A stretch of 64,000 bases of DNA from Spizellomyces punctatus DAOM BR117 (Eukaryota): the NCBI GenBank assembly GCA_000182565.2, contig KQ257451.1; one strand, 5' to 3'. A program made the translations under genes and the position numbers. Positions 41,403-55,728 of this stretch are shown here, piece by piece. The notes below the pieces were generated by a model. It was not told the origin of the DNA. It searched no databases and was given only the letters and a program-made list of their open reading frames with translations. The stretch's first letter is position 1. Each line of letters opens with the position of its first letter.

Positions 41403-43768
41403 CTAAACTTCGGACTCCACGTCCGATTTGGGTCTATGTAATACGTACAGTAAAATTCCCAACACAATAAAAACTGCCGACGCTAATCCAATTGCAATAT
41501 ACAAATTCGCAGAAGACAATCCTGAGAAGCGCAGAGACGTACCGGCAGCAACCAGGTATGCGGCCAACAGCTTCGTTCGATGTCTTATCAGAGATTGTCC
41601 CAGATTCTTGCGGTCAAAGCTAAGGCTATTGCGGCTATCACCCAGGAAATGCGCGATAGACCCCGATCGAAAGAACTCACGCCAAGGTCGCGATCCCAAT
41701 GCGTCGGGATTTACGGTTGGTGCTTGGTATCTGTCGTGGTAAGGATCTTGCTGTGCCAGAGTCGCTGCGGAGCCTTCTTCTTCTTCTTCGTGCACACCAT
41801 TTGGGAGGTCGATACCTGTTGCAATAGGATTAATCATAATTTAGCAATTTTGAGCTGCCAATGCATACCTTCGCTTTCCAGGACTTCCGTTGGTATCTCA
41901 AATAGTGACGCATCACCAGTTTCCAAGGCATTCAGCTCAAACATCTTCCTAACGCAAGCTCTCTGTAGAAAGTCATCATCCGTTCCAATGAAAACAGCTT
42001 TATAAGTGTCTCGTAGATCAGCGGTTGATGGACTCAGGCCGCCTTTTCCACTTTTGCTCCTTCGATTACTCCTACTGCTTCGCACAAAATCTCCAATGCT
42101 CCCCCGATGCTGGGAGTCCCTGTTTACATGTCCAACTGATCGAGAACGTAGCCTATTCATTCCATCCAGTCCATTGCCAAGGGACGCTGAAAGTTTGCGT
42201 GCTGCAAGTCTCCAGCCCTTTGCTTGATCCTCTCCGGTAACGCTCTCGTGTGATGCTGATTTGACATTTTGCAGCTCCGCCTTCCACGCTTCCATGTCAT
42301 CCTCCTGACCTTTGGACTGTTCAGACAATGTTCTTTGGACTGTTCGTTGCTCCTCCTCGTCCGCTACTTTGGGGGGCTGCTGATGAGGTGAGAGAAACTC
42401 CACTCTTTTTGATGCACTATATCTATTCAGCATGTCTCCTGACGTGGAGACAATGGAAGGCTTCCGTCTAGACTCCACGGGACTTGGTACCTGTCCAGTC
42501 AAGGCGTCATCAGATTTGCGGACGCTTTCCATGGTCTTTGGGCGAATGATCAACTTAAATGTCGGAGTATCTGGGGTGCCGCCAGTACTCCCCCTTCTGA
42601 GAGCGGTGGAAAGAAACGTGTTCAATTCGTTCGGTGACGATAGACGTCGACCCGTGAGTCCTGAAGAAGGGACCTGTAGAGATCCAGCATTCAACCCATC
42701 AGGAGTGGAGACGAATTTTCTCTCCTCATTGCTTGCACCAAGTGCAAGGTGCCGTTGAGCGGGCGAGCTAGATTGGTCACAGCTGCTATCTCGTTGACCA
42801 ACAGATGATAAAGATGTCACAGAAAGTGATGTATGAAGGTCGTTCATGGAAACTGGCAAATCGGCCACATAGGACGCCATCCGAGAAAGGTCGGGTGCAC
42901 TTTTCAATCGTACCTCCTTGTCAGGAAGCTTCAAATTCTCCAAGCTGGCAGACCTTAAACTTTGGAGATTCCCTGTCGCCCTGCCGTCCCCGTCTCCTTT
43001 TTGCTCCGCCTTCTGTTTGACCTTTTCTCTGCGGTCCTTTAACTGCATCTTCAATCGTTTGGTCAAAGCGTCCTGTTCAACCTTTCGCTCCCGTTCTTCA
43101 CGCAGACGATCCAAAGTCTGCATGATGGCGAGGTCTCCTCGGGACGCACGAGAAATTTCCACTTTCAAATCCATGCTTCCCTTTGTGGAGGCAGCGGCAA
43201 TTCCTTGGAGGTCGGCATCTACTGGTCCGGCGACTTCAGCCACGCGAATCGACGACCTTCTACTTCCCAAGGAGTTTCGCATCAAGGTCGACATGGAGCT
43301 CCGGCGCATTTCACTATATGACTGCCGTCGCGACGTGGTTGAAGGACCAAGATGTCGACGACCTTTCCAGTCTGCGTCCTCTCGATCGTCATCCTTTCCG
43401 TCGTCGTGTGCCTCCACTGCAAAGTATCGGACATCTCCCACAATTTCCGTGTTGGTTAACGGATTCAACGCATATAGCCTGAATAGATATTCTCCCTCCT
43501 TTCCAAACTTCCTGAATATTACTTTGTTCAACTGATGGGCTGAATAGTAAAACATTCGCCCCTCCACGGTTTCCACCCGAGCTAGAATAAGCGTTTTACA
43601 TTGTCGCCTGTGCGCACGGATGAGCTGTCCTAAAGTCTCGAGAGTAAATGGCTCCTCGGCTGATAGTGGTAGGGTATCAGTGCATGTAGAACTTCCTGGT
43701 GTTGTAGAGGGAATTTGGTCCAAAATCTGAAGAGTACCGAGAGGTTGCGTGTCGTTTCCCCCAGACAT
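41403..43768 (-). CDS. DUF5092-like protein with a long disordered insert and C-terminal TM hairpin (single gene, intron 41868-41816)
   Basis: EEPFTLETL...ILARV...YYSAHQLNKVIF...NPLTNTEIVGDVRYF and FIGTDDDFLQ...FELNAL resemble my recollection of DUF5092. A 53-nt GT-AG intron fuses the 652-aa and 144-aa ORFs in frame. Confidence 0.7.
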
Positions 43769-44232
43769 CGTTAGAGAAAGAATAGAGGGCACAATCTGAC
43801 TGCTCGCCTAAGTACTGGTGCCCTTAAACTCCAGTATGCTTCCAAAGATGTCTAACGCAAGTATGATTACGATTCTCTGTCATGCTCCCCTCTCGGCTGA
43901 TATGATCCCCATTTTATGCCCCAGTATTGTTCACGTCGAGCGCCCCCGTCATAACATCATTCAAAAGAAGAAAGAGCCTGGTCATTATTTGTCCCTAAAA
44001 GTGGAAATTGAAGCATCTACCAAACTACACAGTATCAATTTAAAGAAGGAGAATTTTCCAATCATTCCCTTCATCATCATAGTTTGCCAAATTCACAGGC
44101 ATGTAAACAAATAAATGGCTCTGGTAAAACCTCATGAAGCTTAAGATATCCGAGTTCAATCAATCTTTTTTTTTTCAGGTTGTTTTGCGGCCTTTTCTCT
44201 TCAATCAAATACAGATGTTTAACCAATCGTCG

Positions 44233-45393
44233 TCAATTCGAAGATGATGCTAGCATTGCGAATTTATGTAAGCAAAAGTCCCCACTATTGTCCAGCGACG
44301 ACTTTCGTTTTAGTTGTATGTTGACGAGCGCGGATTGCTGCTTCATACGCTAGGGAATATGAGTATTATTAGATTTCACCTGGATCGTGACTTAAGGACG
44401 TAAACAGGGTGCTGTATTCGCTCACCTCAATTTCCAGGACTGCCTGCCGCGATAGCTCATCGAGACCACAAAATCGGTGTATTGGTTTCGGCGGAGATGG
44501 CGGGGTCAGGCAGTCGTTAATAGGAAGCATACCATGGTTATCATATTTGAATGATAGGGTGGAACGCGGTGGAGGTGTCAGCATCCGGACAGGTTGAGCG
44601 TCTCTCTGTTGCACGGTTCTCGCACAAACATCTGCGGAACTTGATGGCAGTCTGGTATGACGAAATCGCAATTTGACCTCCGCGTTGGGGAGAGGAATCC
44701 CCTGGCTATTCTGCAGTGATATATTGTCTGCCGGAGAAGATGGCTGTCCTTTCCGTCCTGCAGCTAGAGCCTCCTCCACGGCGATTTTGAAGAGCCGTGA
44801 CTTCGATCGAGCGCACTTTGAAATGAGATGTGGTGCAAAAGGGAGTAATTGCGGTCCCGGAGTTATGTATGCACTATGATTTCACGCAAAATATCAACCC
44901 AGTCCGTAGCATTAATGACGGCAGATCGGAGATATGCCACTTACCAATCGTACTTGGCGAAAAACTGCACCAAAACTGATGCAGTATCCTTCGGGGGTAG
45001 AAATGGGCGCTTTCGGGAGGGTATAAGACTTGGATCGACGACCTAAGTCCATCGAGTAGTGTGACTAGTCAGCTTTAGGAAGTTAATAAGAAAGTAAACA
45101 CGACATCATCTCCTTTCCAGAAAAATCCAATCCAACTCGTGCGCTTGCACTTTCTAATTCATTAATTGAGGCATATGAGCACGCACCTGCGCCGGCCAAA
45201 AGGGAGTTGTTCCCACTTTTGCCCACACCAAATCTCCGATTGTCAGTGATGGTATGCTGCTGGGATGCTGTTCCGGCCTGGGAGTATGAACACAACCAAA
45301 GATGCTTTCCATCATGAGGCCAGTGTTGGCTGTACGGCATTCGGGTCTAATGGTTGGTCTTGGACGAGGGGTTCGGCGCTTGGGAAGCTTCAT
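44233..45393 (-). CDS. PWWP-domain protein, multi-exon
   Basis: IGDLVWAKVGTTPFWPAQ|VVDP...VLVQFFAKYD...LFKIAVEEAL. Both termini are approximate. Confidence 0.75.
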
Positions 45394-46567
45394 AATGAGA
45401 GGCTCTTGTTGGGTATAGGGGGCTGGAGAAATCTGCCGATAATGACATACGATATCAAGTCCAGTCGGCAAGATTAAACCATTCTTGAATAAAAAATGTT
45501 CATGACAAGGGAAAGTAAAGAGATTCTCAGAGCGGGCCCTGTCAGAGCAAAATTCAGATCAAGTACTCCGAGGATGCTCCCCTAAAACCCGTTTAGAACT
45601 AGACAGCTATGTTTGGCCCTCTAATGATTGAGCTGGTTTGTCAATCTTTTGTGGGAGGTTGGCCCGGTATGAGAGATGTGCAAGATCCCTACTTTATCTA
45701 CTGTGACCGGAGAATTTTCTTTAAATAACCAGATCGCGGAGCTCAAAACCAGTCAGTTCTGGAAGAGAGAGATTGCACAATGCACCAAGTACGAACGTAG
45801 ACTCTCTCTACGAAACATGCTCTATGGACTTGGGATACAGCCAAAGGCTTTTGCGTAACTGTTCATCGGAAAGTGGTGCATACAGTGCACCCTTCGAACT
45901 TGCAATTTAGGGGCATTTGAAATTTAATGTTTTGGCAAGAGCCTTTTCATTCGAAATCTTGTGAAACTTGTAAGATGCTTGCGAATATCTGGAAAGCAGA
46001 CCATGGTCCCATCGCTAACCCATATTCAAGCTCCGCTCAGCTCAGCCATACCTGTGCCACCACCGCCACGTCTCTTTGTTTAAAAGCTCATCAAACCCGC
46101 TGCCAACTCCTGTTCTTTAACATATTTTACCAAAGGTCGCTTATACCTCGTTGCCGTAGGGCGGTCCTTCAAAAAGGTCGCCCGATAACGGAAGATCGTA
46201 AATGGCGCGCACCAAGACCGACGTTTTGAAGTCTTTATAATCCTCCTCTCCTAAATGTTACCTAGTGAGGTGGTTCGCTGGCTTCACACATAGAAACATC
46301 CCTGTAGCGGTACCCACATTTTTGGCGACACTTGAATAGTAAGGGAAGGCATGGATCGTGGCAACCAGGGAAAGCGTACGTACCCCATACATGGGCTTGT
46401 GCGTCAAGTGTTGGCCCCCCACCTGTCCTCAGACCGGATAGTGCCATGTAAAATACGTCCAGGCTGGGGAGTTGAATCAAATGGCAGGCTGCATTACACC
46501 CTCAAAGCGTTTACACAGAGTATATTTACTAGGCATCCTGCACCAGCCGATACCCCCACTATCCACC

Positions 46568-49500
46568 TTATTTCCCTGCAGTCTCCATATCTTCGTCCAT
46601 GTACTGTCATTAGAAAAAGCACGTTAAAGCCGTGCCATGAGATAACTGACCCATAAGTAATACGCACCTCAGGGTTCTTCTTCAAAATCACAAAGCCTTC
46701 TAACACGCTCGCGAGTGGTATCCATTCCTCGCTTGCAAGCTCAGCTCGCTCAGTGTATGCTAGGAGTACAGGGGTGGAGTGTGTCTGGAAGCCAGTGATT
46801 GTCTTTGGACGACCAGCCTGACCGACAACCTCCACAGCTTGTCCAACGCGCACTGTCACTGGGAAAGGCTTCAGGTTCTCATCCAGCGTCATTAGCAGGC
46901 GAGGATACGCTGCTATGATCAGGTGATACAGTAGATAGTGTCCTCGACCAAATATCACTGCAAAACGCAAGATTAGTCTAAGATATAGCAAAGAAGTAAC
47001 GCAGAAAACCTACGATTCTTGGCGTCTGTGAATGCAACCAAGTTCACCAATAGCCCAGCTACAGCTACCGGGGATAATAACGTCCGATTTGTGTGGAAAG
47101 GATTGATTGTCAACGTGCCTTTACCCATATGCACCAAACCCTGGAAGTAAATCGTTGAAACAGTTATCATCTAGGAACCTTCGTTAGATATATGATTCGC
47201 ACACATACATACCTGAGCGATTCGGACTATAAAGAGGTGATTTGCTTCCTTGTGGTAATACGTGGCAAGCTGCCGCAGCATTTGCGCCAATCGCGCGTTG
47301 TTCGTGCCAGCGCCAACCAAACCCATCGCGAAGATTGCATTGATTGCAACATCTGGGTCATTGTCATGTGAATACTTGCTCAAAACGTCGAGAACATGTA
47401 CAAGGGGGTTGGATGCGCAGAGTAAGCCTAGTGCAAGTGGAACGGCACGGCGGATCACGGGTTCGCCGTAGTGCATCTACATATCGGCCAATGCTCCAGG
47501 TCAGTAAACTGAAGTACATCCAAACTGCGTATATATCATCATTACCAGATGATTGAATGAGCGGAGAGCCATCTCCGTCCCGATATCCTCTCCCATGGCA
47601 ATCAATGCAATGCCAATGACAGCAAATGCTTGGAAACGGTCGTTCTCCTTCTCAGGGTCGATATGGTCATTGCAGTAATGTAACATTCGCTGGATGCTCA
47701 ATACGTTGCCGGTGCCTCCAAGTTGGGACGATTCTTAGCAGCTGAAAGAGTTGCTATTCTCAATGATGCAACCTTACCAGCATAAGCACATGTGTCCAGA
47801 AGTACCATAAAGGTCTTCGCCAAGGAATTCTCCATCACTTCCAAAACAGCCAATGTAGCGTCTGCTTCTTGTTGTCTTCCTGGAGACAGAACCGTTGCGT
47901 AAGATATCCGCGTCAACAACATAGGAGAAACCACATCACCAACCCAAGAAGAGTAATGCCAAGCCAAGTCCCATAAATATGGCGTAAGGATCCTTCAAAT
48001 CCGACTCATCCCGATCCATCATCAGAGTATGTACCGCAGTGCTGACGACTTCTGAACCTCCTTGGCCCACAAAGATCAATCCAAGGGAGAGTGTCGCCAA
48101 AGACGAGATCTCCATTGGCAGCGAATGCTCGCCGACAAGCGGAACGAGAAGATCCATCAGATCTTGTCGCGCCGAGCCTGCATATGCTATACCCAAGCCG
48201 ACTATCGCCGCAATCCGCAAAATGGTGGTTTTGCTAGTTACGTACTCTGACAGGAGAGCAAGAGCAGGATCGGATTCGTTACGCACGCCAGCGTTCACTA
48301 AGCCGATGGCTAGCAAGGCACCGGCCTTGATGAAATCTTCTTGAGAGTACAGATATTTGTCGATCTGGGTCAGACCAATTTCGACATCCCACAGTAGAAT
48401 GGCGCCAAGTGAAGCAGCAGCGCTCATCATGCCATGCTCTTTGTTCTTGTATATCCAGTTTCCATCTTCCGATGCGGTCATAAGCTTGTCGCTCCCGAAT
48501 CCGATATTGACAAAAGCGTTCACGAACGTGGAGGCCAAGTTCTGCTTAGCAGAATCGACATTGCCGCCGCCAAAGCCAGGCCGATCTTTTTCCAAATGAC
48601 TCTTGTAGATATCGTCGGGCGTCTTTGCTTCCATAACATCAAGGTCCCGAGCAAGAGCGAGATAGTTTTCGGACAGCCGGGTATTGTTCAAAATCTCCTG
48701 GATATCTTCATCCTCGGTTGGAACATTGATCTGCTGTCTCGCCAGCATAAAGGCGAGCTGCTTTTGCATCAAGCTATGATTGTGTTCCCGTTCAGTATCA
48801 TTATTGCCACGAATAAAATATGACACAGCAACCTACAGATCTGGACAATCATTGAAATCAGCGCGAATCATTCGCTGGTCGCCCATCCTCATCGAAACCT
48901 GTAATGCCTGCGGGTATTGCTCCTGATCGCGATAGATCGTATGTGCTGTCTTCAAACACGCAATGTCATCAGGAGGGGCAACGTACTGCACGCAGCTACG
49001 AGGTGGTGTTGATCAGTTACATAATTACCGCGGCCGATAGCAGCTCAGGTGTACCTGATCAAGTACAAGCAAACACGTGCATATGTGTCTTTATCCACGA
49101 ACTGTGAAAGGTGGTCCAAAGCCTCCAGTTCAAGCATGAGGTCCACCGCATCTGCTTCGGCATTGTGTTTCAACAGAAAGGGAACAATTTCCAAAGCCTG
49201 ATTCAAAACATGTTCTGTGTCTTCATCCTTCTCATTCAACGCCGCATACTCGCCAATCAACTCGGAAGCAAGATGCCTGCGTACTATTTTAGCACATTTC
49301 GTGAAGGTCTTATCGAGCAGAGAAGTAAAACGAACCTCACGTATTCATGCCCCCACGACCCTGCTGGCTCTGCTGATCCAAGTAATCTGTAACGCAAGCT
49401 CTCTCGTTTCCCTTCTTCGGCATAAGACATTGATAGAACAGAGAGGATGTCCGCCAGGAATCTCTGCCAACAGAAAAGGGCATCAGATATTATACGGGTA

Positions 49501-50109
49501 AATTAAACTTGTGGAATGTACGGTTTTCACCTTGTTATCCCCTTCAGACCATCTTTCGTACACTTCAATGAGGGCTTGGTAATGCGGTCTCAGGAACTTG
49601 AGAGGTTTTGGGACGGAAGTCATGGACGAAGTCGCGGTACGGATGAGGGTGCGCAAGGTTTCCAGAGCCGGCTTATAAAGGCTGGTATTCGTTTCCTGAC
49701 ATTTTATTCATATGTTATAATCTAGTTGAACTTGGGACGGAGACTGAAACCGACCTTTAAACGTTCAACCAACATCTCCAGCTCTTCCTTCAACTGTCTA
49801 TCCTCTTCAGACTAAAAGCAACCGTACGTGTTAGCATGCGAGAAATAAGCGGTCCATTCTTCATTGTCCGTTAGTCTCTGTTACTCGGGCCTAGGCGAGA
49901 TGCCGGATGGCGAGTGCCATTGATGGCCGCGAGATATCTCCAGAACATCCAGAGTTCACTCAACGCACCAGTTCCTCTTCTTCCTCCAGCTTCTTCTTCT
50001 CTTCTTCGCTCAACGGTTTGTCTTTAGCAGTCTTTGTGTCCTTGGCCGCCTTATTGGGGTCTTCCGCAGCTGCGACTGGCGCGGTGTCCTTGGACGTGTC
50101 TTTGGCCAT
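46568..50109 (-). CDS. RPN1: 26S proteasome base subunit Rpn1 (PSMD2), multi-exon
   Basis: [62 protein letters not shown] and [15 protein letters not shown]. Confidence 0.98.
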
Positions 50110-50340
50110 GACGTTCGCGTCTACAATCCGATTTACAATATTCTCTTAAAAAGGTGCTCAAATACAACAAAAGAACCAAAGTCGGTATCGAGTATGGAGT
50201 TGATGGCGAACGTTCAATGGAAGATGACAATAAAGATGTCGTTCGTTTTGAACGTTTGGTGCATTTGCAATGGCCATGTATGTACACGTGATGTGTTAGC
50301 TTTGCAAGTCACTTTGCCACACATCTATGTAATGACGCGT

Positions 50341-53300
50341 CTACTCTTTGATCGCGCGTAATTTCCAGAGACCTGCCTCGAGCAGGTTGACGACCTCGAC
50401 ACCACTATCCCCCAAGTCTCTAGCTTCCTCAAGTGGGGTACGACCCGAAGAATCTGTTGGCTCCAATTGAACCTCAATCCAGGATGGCGTGGTTAGGGAA
50501 GAAGTTGAACCAGCTTCCGAAACTGTAGATCGAAATGCTAGGGGAAATGGGGAGGAAGGTCGATGCCACATAGTGGGTGTGCGAGGAGACGGAGGAGGAC
50601 TATCTATTGAAGAAGGTGTTGGGGTTTGTGTTCGTTTCTGCTCGTTCGCAACTTGAATGGCATAGTCGACAATAAACTGGACAAACTCAGTCTTGTGCTC
50701 TTTGGCCGCCTGCAGAAACGGACGTTGGCGAGGAGCGCACAATCGTAAGCAGCGTCCATTGCAAATCTTACCAAATGTAGCGGCGTTTTTCCATCGTAGA
50801 CAGGCTTATTCAAATCCGCCCCCGATTCCGTCAGTAACTTAAACAGCTTGAAGTCGTTGTTGCTGACAGCACTATAGTGTAAAGTGGGGAACTGTTAGAA
50901 TCCTCATACTCCTGGGGCACCTTTCCATTTCAAGTACCTCCAAAGCCTGATAGCTGCTTCGTCTAATTCCTCTTCGGAAAAATGAGCACCAGCTTGTCGG
51001 AGAAGTGCAATATTTCCTTCACTTCGGCATCGAATGGCATCCCACAATGGTGAATGTCCAAAGCGGTCGCGCAAGTGAACATTGGCACCCTGCAGCAAGA
51101 GAAATTCCACTGTAGCCGTTTGGTTTTCACTTGACGCGATGTGTAGGGGAGTCTACCAAATATATCAGGAGCTTCGCTCTGTGGCTCTAAGCAAACTAAA
51201 CTTACTCGTCCGTCATAGTCTCCTATGTTGATTAAGGGTCTGTAATCGGCAGTAATCACCTGCAGACCTTCGATATCGCCCATTCGCGCTGCCTGACACA
51301 TCAGCATGGGAATCAAGGCCCTTTCCATACCACCCAGGTTTTCTTCTGCTACATGATCTTTTGGAATATCACCAGTAAGAGGGGTAGCAGCTGGTACTCT
51401 TCCAAAAAGGGACATCACAGAGGAAATAAGCCCTTGCATTCCTTGCTGGTATGTAAACCTTTGACGCCGCGACGGCGTTGTGAGTTCCCCGCGAAGGCTT
51501 CGGCGGACCAAATTCCGGCACTCAGCGGGAGCATGCTTTTTGCCCAGTAGGTAACTCAATTTCGTTAGTGCGCACTGCACATGAGACAGAATATTAGGGA
51601 ATGGAAGTAGAAATTCTTGTCTTGCAGCGTACCTCAGGGGTCATGTCAGCACCAGGGACAACCCCAACCTTCAGCAATGCTTTCCCCGTGGCATACAAGT
51701 CGGTCACGAGTCCGCGTTTGCACTTCAGTATCAACGAAGCCGAGTTAAGCATTGAAGGAGATATGTCACGTCGAGCCATTTTCAGAGACGTGCAAGAATA
51801 AATACCTGGGTACTTCAATCAGTATTACAAGGGTGGTCAGAATGCTGAATTCCAGGTCCACTGGTAACCTACCAATTGACAATTACAACTCCTCTATCGC
51901 TCGCTTCCTTGAGAGCCGCAAGAATGTCAGGGCGATTATTTGGCGCGTTTCCGGAGCCATACCTGCACGATGCGTTAAAATCAAATAGAAACACTGTTAA
52001 CATGACAGCTGAATTCCTACGTTTCTATCACAACGCCTTTAATTGGAGGAGACAAAAATGCCCGCACCGTCGCTTCCGTTATTCCTGGGAACAGGCGAAG
52101 TGTTGCCACGGAGGAGTCCATAATCTTATGAGCGCGGAATTTGGCAATTGCAGTGGGTCGAAGAACATCCGGCCAAGAAACATCTGCATGTCCGACTCCC
52201 ATCATGAGTACGTCATCGTATGACTGGCGGAGAAACGTGTACATGCCTATATTGATACCAACAGAGACGAGTGGACGCAGATTGGGCGAATCGAATGCAT
52301 TGAAATCAACTGCATCAACTTTCATTGAGCGATTTCCTCTGTACAATTTATTATTAAAGAAGAGTCCGACTTCGGGGATAACGAAGTGACCTGTGCATTC
52401 GTGTCATTCTTAGCACAATAAAATTAAGCTTTATGTTTTGATTGATACATACCGGCTATTGTCAAAGCGCCTAATAAATTGTCGACAGCATCGTTTCGAA
52501 CTTCCGCCAATGGGACCTTTGATTTTGTATATAAACCATGTGACGAAGTGCTGGCATTGAGTGATCCACGCAGAGTCAAATACCTGAGAACCGCTCAATA
52601 TAACCGTCTTTCCGAGCTCTTCCAGCATAAAACTTAGAGCACTAGCTCGTTGATCAATAGTCAAGTACAACTCCAATTTGATATAAGCTTGCACATCTCA
52701 TCAGCAGTCCTACCTTGCAGAAAAGCTCATTGTGTCCGTACCATGCAAAACAATGAATGCATCAAAAAGCATATAGTTCACTTCGATGTCGGTCGCGATT
52801 TTAACCCAGTCTGTCATAGCTACACGAATGGTTAAGACACGAGACCTGTCAAGCATATCTCCCTTCCCACGATCAGCCGTCGTGGCGTACCTCTCTACAT
52901 ACTCATATTTGACGAGTCCAATAGTGGATCATATTCTAAAATCGAGTATCGAATTCTTTTTCCATACAATGATGGCGGGGTGATCAAGGCAGGCTTCCTG
53001 ACCCGCACAACGGGGGTGCCATTTATCACCGTATGGGGGGCTCCACGCGCATTGTTTACCTTCGCATGTCTGCCGTTGTCAGCAAGCCTAAGTGGTATAT
53101 TGACCGCATTCGTTAGCGGAAACTTGTTGGCTTCCCTATCCGCAATGCCCGTTTCTTGCGCATGCTCGGCAAAACCAGTGGGATCATGAAACCGCGTCAT
53201 TGATGCCAAAGTCTGGGAAAGATAACCGGGGACAGGAAGATAGCCTAGAAGTACTCAAGGTCAAGATCATTCTGGCATGTCTTCAGCCGGATATGTATAA

Positions 53301-53530
53301 ATGTCGCTGATACCGTGCTCTGGAGTGTTCTTCATGCCGATGGTTCCTAGAGTACCATTACTGTCATGAGAAAGGACCTCGACCAGACGCTGTCTCTATC
53401 TCATACCTCCTGTGTAGAGAATGAGTACCCTCGAAATATCAGCTGTGATCATGTCGTCCGCCACGTCGGCGGCGACCACCGCGTTCACCGCATCGCTCAC
53501 AAACACCGTTGAATTATCCTCGGTAGACAT
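50341..53530 (-). CDS. ASPG: L-asparaginase with C-terminal ankyrin repeats (60 kDa lysophospholipase type), multi-exon
   Basis: VLILYTGGTIGM, PLLDSSNM, LHGTDTM, GSGNAP, IVNCTQC and DMTPECALTKLSYLL. Ankyrin DYDGRTPLH and YDGKTPLH. Confidence 0.94.
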
Positions 53531-53759
53531 ATTACAGCACCGCAGAGAGCGAGAGCGGTGGATGGGGGAAGATCCCGAGAGCCTTGTCCTTGTCACCAAC
53601 CAAGGCCTCGAGTTTTTGAGGGATGCGATAAGCAAATCGGTGTTTCCACGATCGAACGCGCACAAACCAATCACGTGAACGCGACTCGTTTGGAAGGAGA
53701 GGCCAGTTCTGCACCTTGGCTGGTCGTCCATCATCTCTTCAGGTAATGTACTGTTGACG

Positions 53760-55592
53760 ATGACAGAGCCAATAGCGTTATTATACCTATCACATACTAC
53801 AAATACTCCGTATGTCCTTGTCGGTGAGGACGAGTCTACCCCGGTTACCGATCCGAGGACCGCAAAAGCAGTGTTGTTTCGCACACCCGCAAATCCCTCG
53901 GACGAGACACGCTTCGACATCAATGCTCCTTCCGGGTTCAAAGAATATGACATTCGTACACTCCTCTTCTTCTACCAGTCCCGAGATGTTCCCTTTGGAG
54001 ACTATCTCAGACTTGCCAGCTCGGACGAGAAGTCCTTCAGCTTTATGGACAGGAAGGAGCTCCTAGCATATCTAGAAGGTGGAGGTAGCACCGTTGCAAA
54101 GGAATCCACGTCTGGAACCCCAGGTTGGTCAATTATTACCTGATAAATGCATATGACAACAGAAGAAGGAGCCTAACAGTGCGGTCTGCTCAAGCGAAGC
54201 GTCCTTTGGAAGAACAGCGCACACCCGCCGAACCGAGTAAAAGGCCACGGCTACTACTGAAACCCGAGGTAAATTAACCTTGCAATTGCTGCTCACCAGA
54301 CGCCAGGAAGTGAAATACTGGTACAGGATGTTGAGTTTGCTCGCGAAGTAAAAGCACGGGAGAGGACGATTGCCGACTCTTCCACGATACTTTCCCTTCA
54401 ATCTACTAACAAGGTACGGTCCCTCGACATGCACGTTAAAGGGTGAACACTGAACTCTATCGAAATACCTCGATTCAGACCTTTGTCAGCATTCTTGAGT
54501 TGAGCAGAAAACGCTTTGCCGAAAAGCAAAGAAAACCCCAAGCAGGTGGTCAAGCATCGTCAACCCATCCTAGACATCCCAACTCCACAGGTCAGAAAGA
54601 TTCAGGTGATAGTTTACTTGGCGCGCCATTGACGCGTCCTGCTTATCAAGGACAAGCCGGGCCACGTTCGAGTACAAGAGGGGATCCGCGTGCCGATCCT
54701 CGGGTTCGGCCGTCTAATACCCAAGGGCGGCCGTCGCCAGCTTCACGTTCGGCGCGGGATGGGGGAACAGGTGAGTGGCTCTGGCACCACCTTCCTGTGT
54801 AACAATCTACAATAGTACATTCTTATCACAGATTCAAGAATACCAATCATCCTCGTACCTTCTGTTCCAACTGCCAAGTTGACATTGTGGAATGTCAAGC
54901 AATTTCTTTGTGCGTCAAGGTAAGATTGAATCTGATTAAGTTTTACCAAGCAGAACTGAACGTCGTGGTCCGTTCAATAGTTATATCCGAACCGAACAAT
55001 TTGTGGAGCAAGGCTTGTCGAAACCCGCACGCGTTGTATTAGAGCGACCCGTGCGTCCAGGCCATCCAGGGGGGCCGGATTTCCCAAGAACGTACCACGT
55101 GTACGACTCAGCGGATTCGTTAAAACCGGAAGATTGGTATGTTCCAAGTCTGAAAGCAGATCAGCTTAATGTTCAGCTGAGATGACCTTTTACAGGCAGC
55201 GTGTTGTTGCTGCATTTGTGACCGGCCAAGGTTGGCAATTCAGTCGATGGAAATATAAGGACCCTGTGCAACTGTTCTCAAAGGGTACGGCACTCTAGAC
55301 ATATCCGCAAGTGGGGACATTTTTTCTAACTCGCAGCGTTACAGTGCGTGGATTTTGTCTGAAGTATGCGGATGAGCCAGCTCCAGGGGACGTGGATAAA
55401 TGGGCCGTAACCAAGCTCGACGTAAGTCTGGCGACAGTTTACGGAGACTTCATGGAAGGGTCTTGCTAAGTGTGAGGTTTTACGTAGATTCATCGAAATC
55501 TTCGACACAACGACTATCAGGCTATCAATCGATTTTGGGACCAAGTTGATACCTTCATCATGAGAGAAAAACGTCGTCAATTTCTGGGATAA
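53760..55592 (+). CDS. CDC73: Paf1 complex subunit Cdc73/parafibromin, multi-exon
   Basis: N-domain SFMDRKELLAYLEG. C-domain IPIILVP...TLWNVKQFL, LKPEDWQRVVAAFVTGQGWQF and RHNDY...FWDQVD. Confidence 0.9.
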
Positions 55593-55728
55593 CATACTTC
55601 CTACGTGAAAATTACATAATTGTCTACGCTGCAGGCCTGAGAAGTAATTATATTTACACACACATGTGGGTACAGGCGATATCGCTTTTCCACCGAGCAT
55701 TTGAGAGATCTGGAATACTTCAGCATAA

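Noticed and set aside
41834..41837. ATGA stop/start overlap resembling prokaryotic translational coupling
   Set aside because: It falls within a 53-nt intron. The two ORFs are exons of one gene.
46202..46240. MARTKTD, resembling the histone H3 N-terminus
   Set aside because: A 12-codon ORF with no histone fold downstream.
50313..50320. TTTGCCAC (PACE/Rpn4-like) upstream of RPN1
   Set aside because: It matches only 8 of 9 positions, and the RPN6 promoter has no clean copy (TTTGCACC at 36151). This is too little to claim a regulon.
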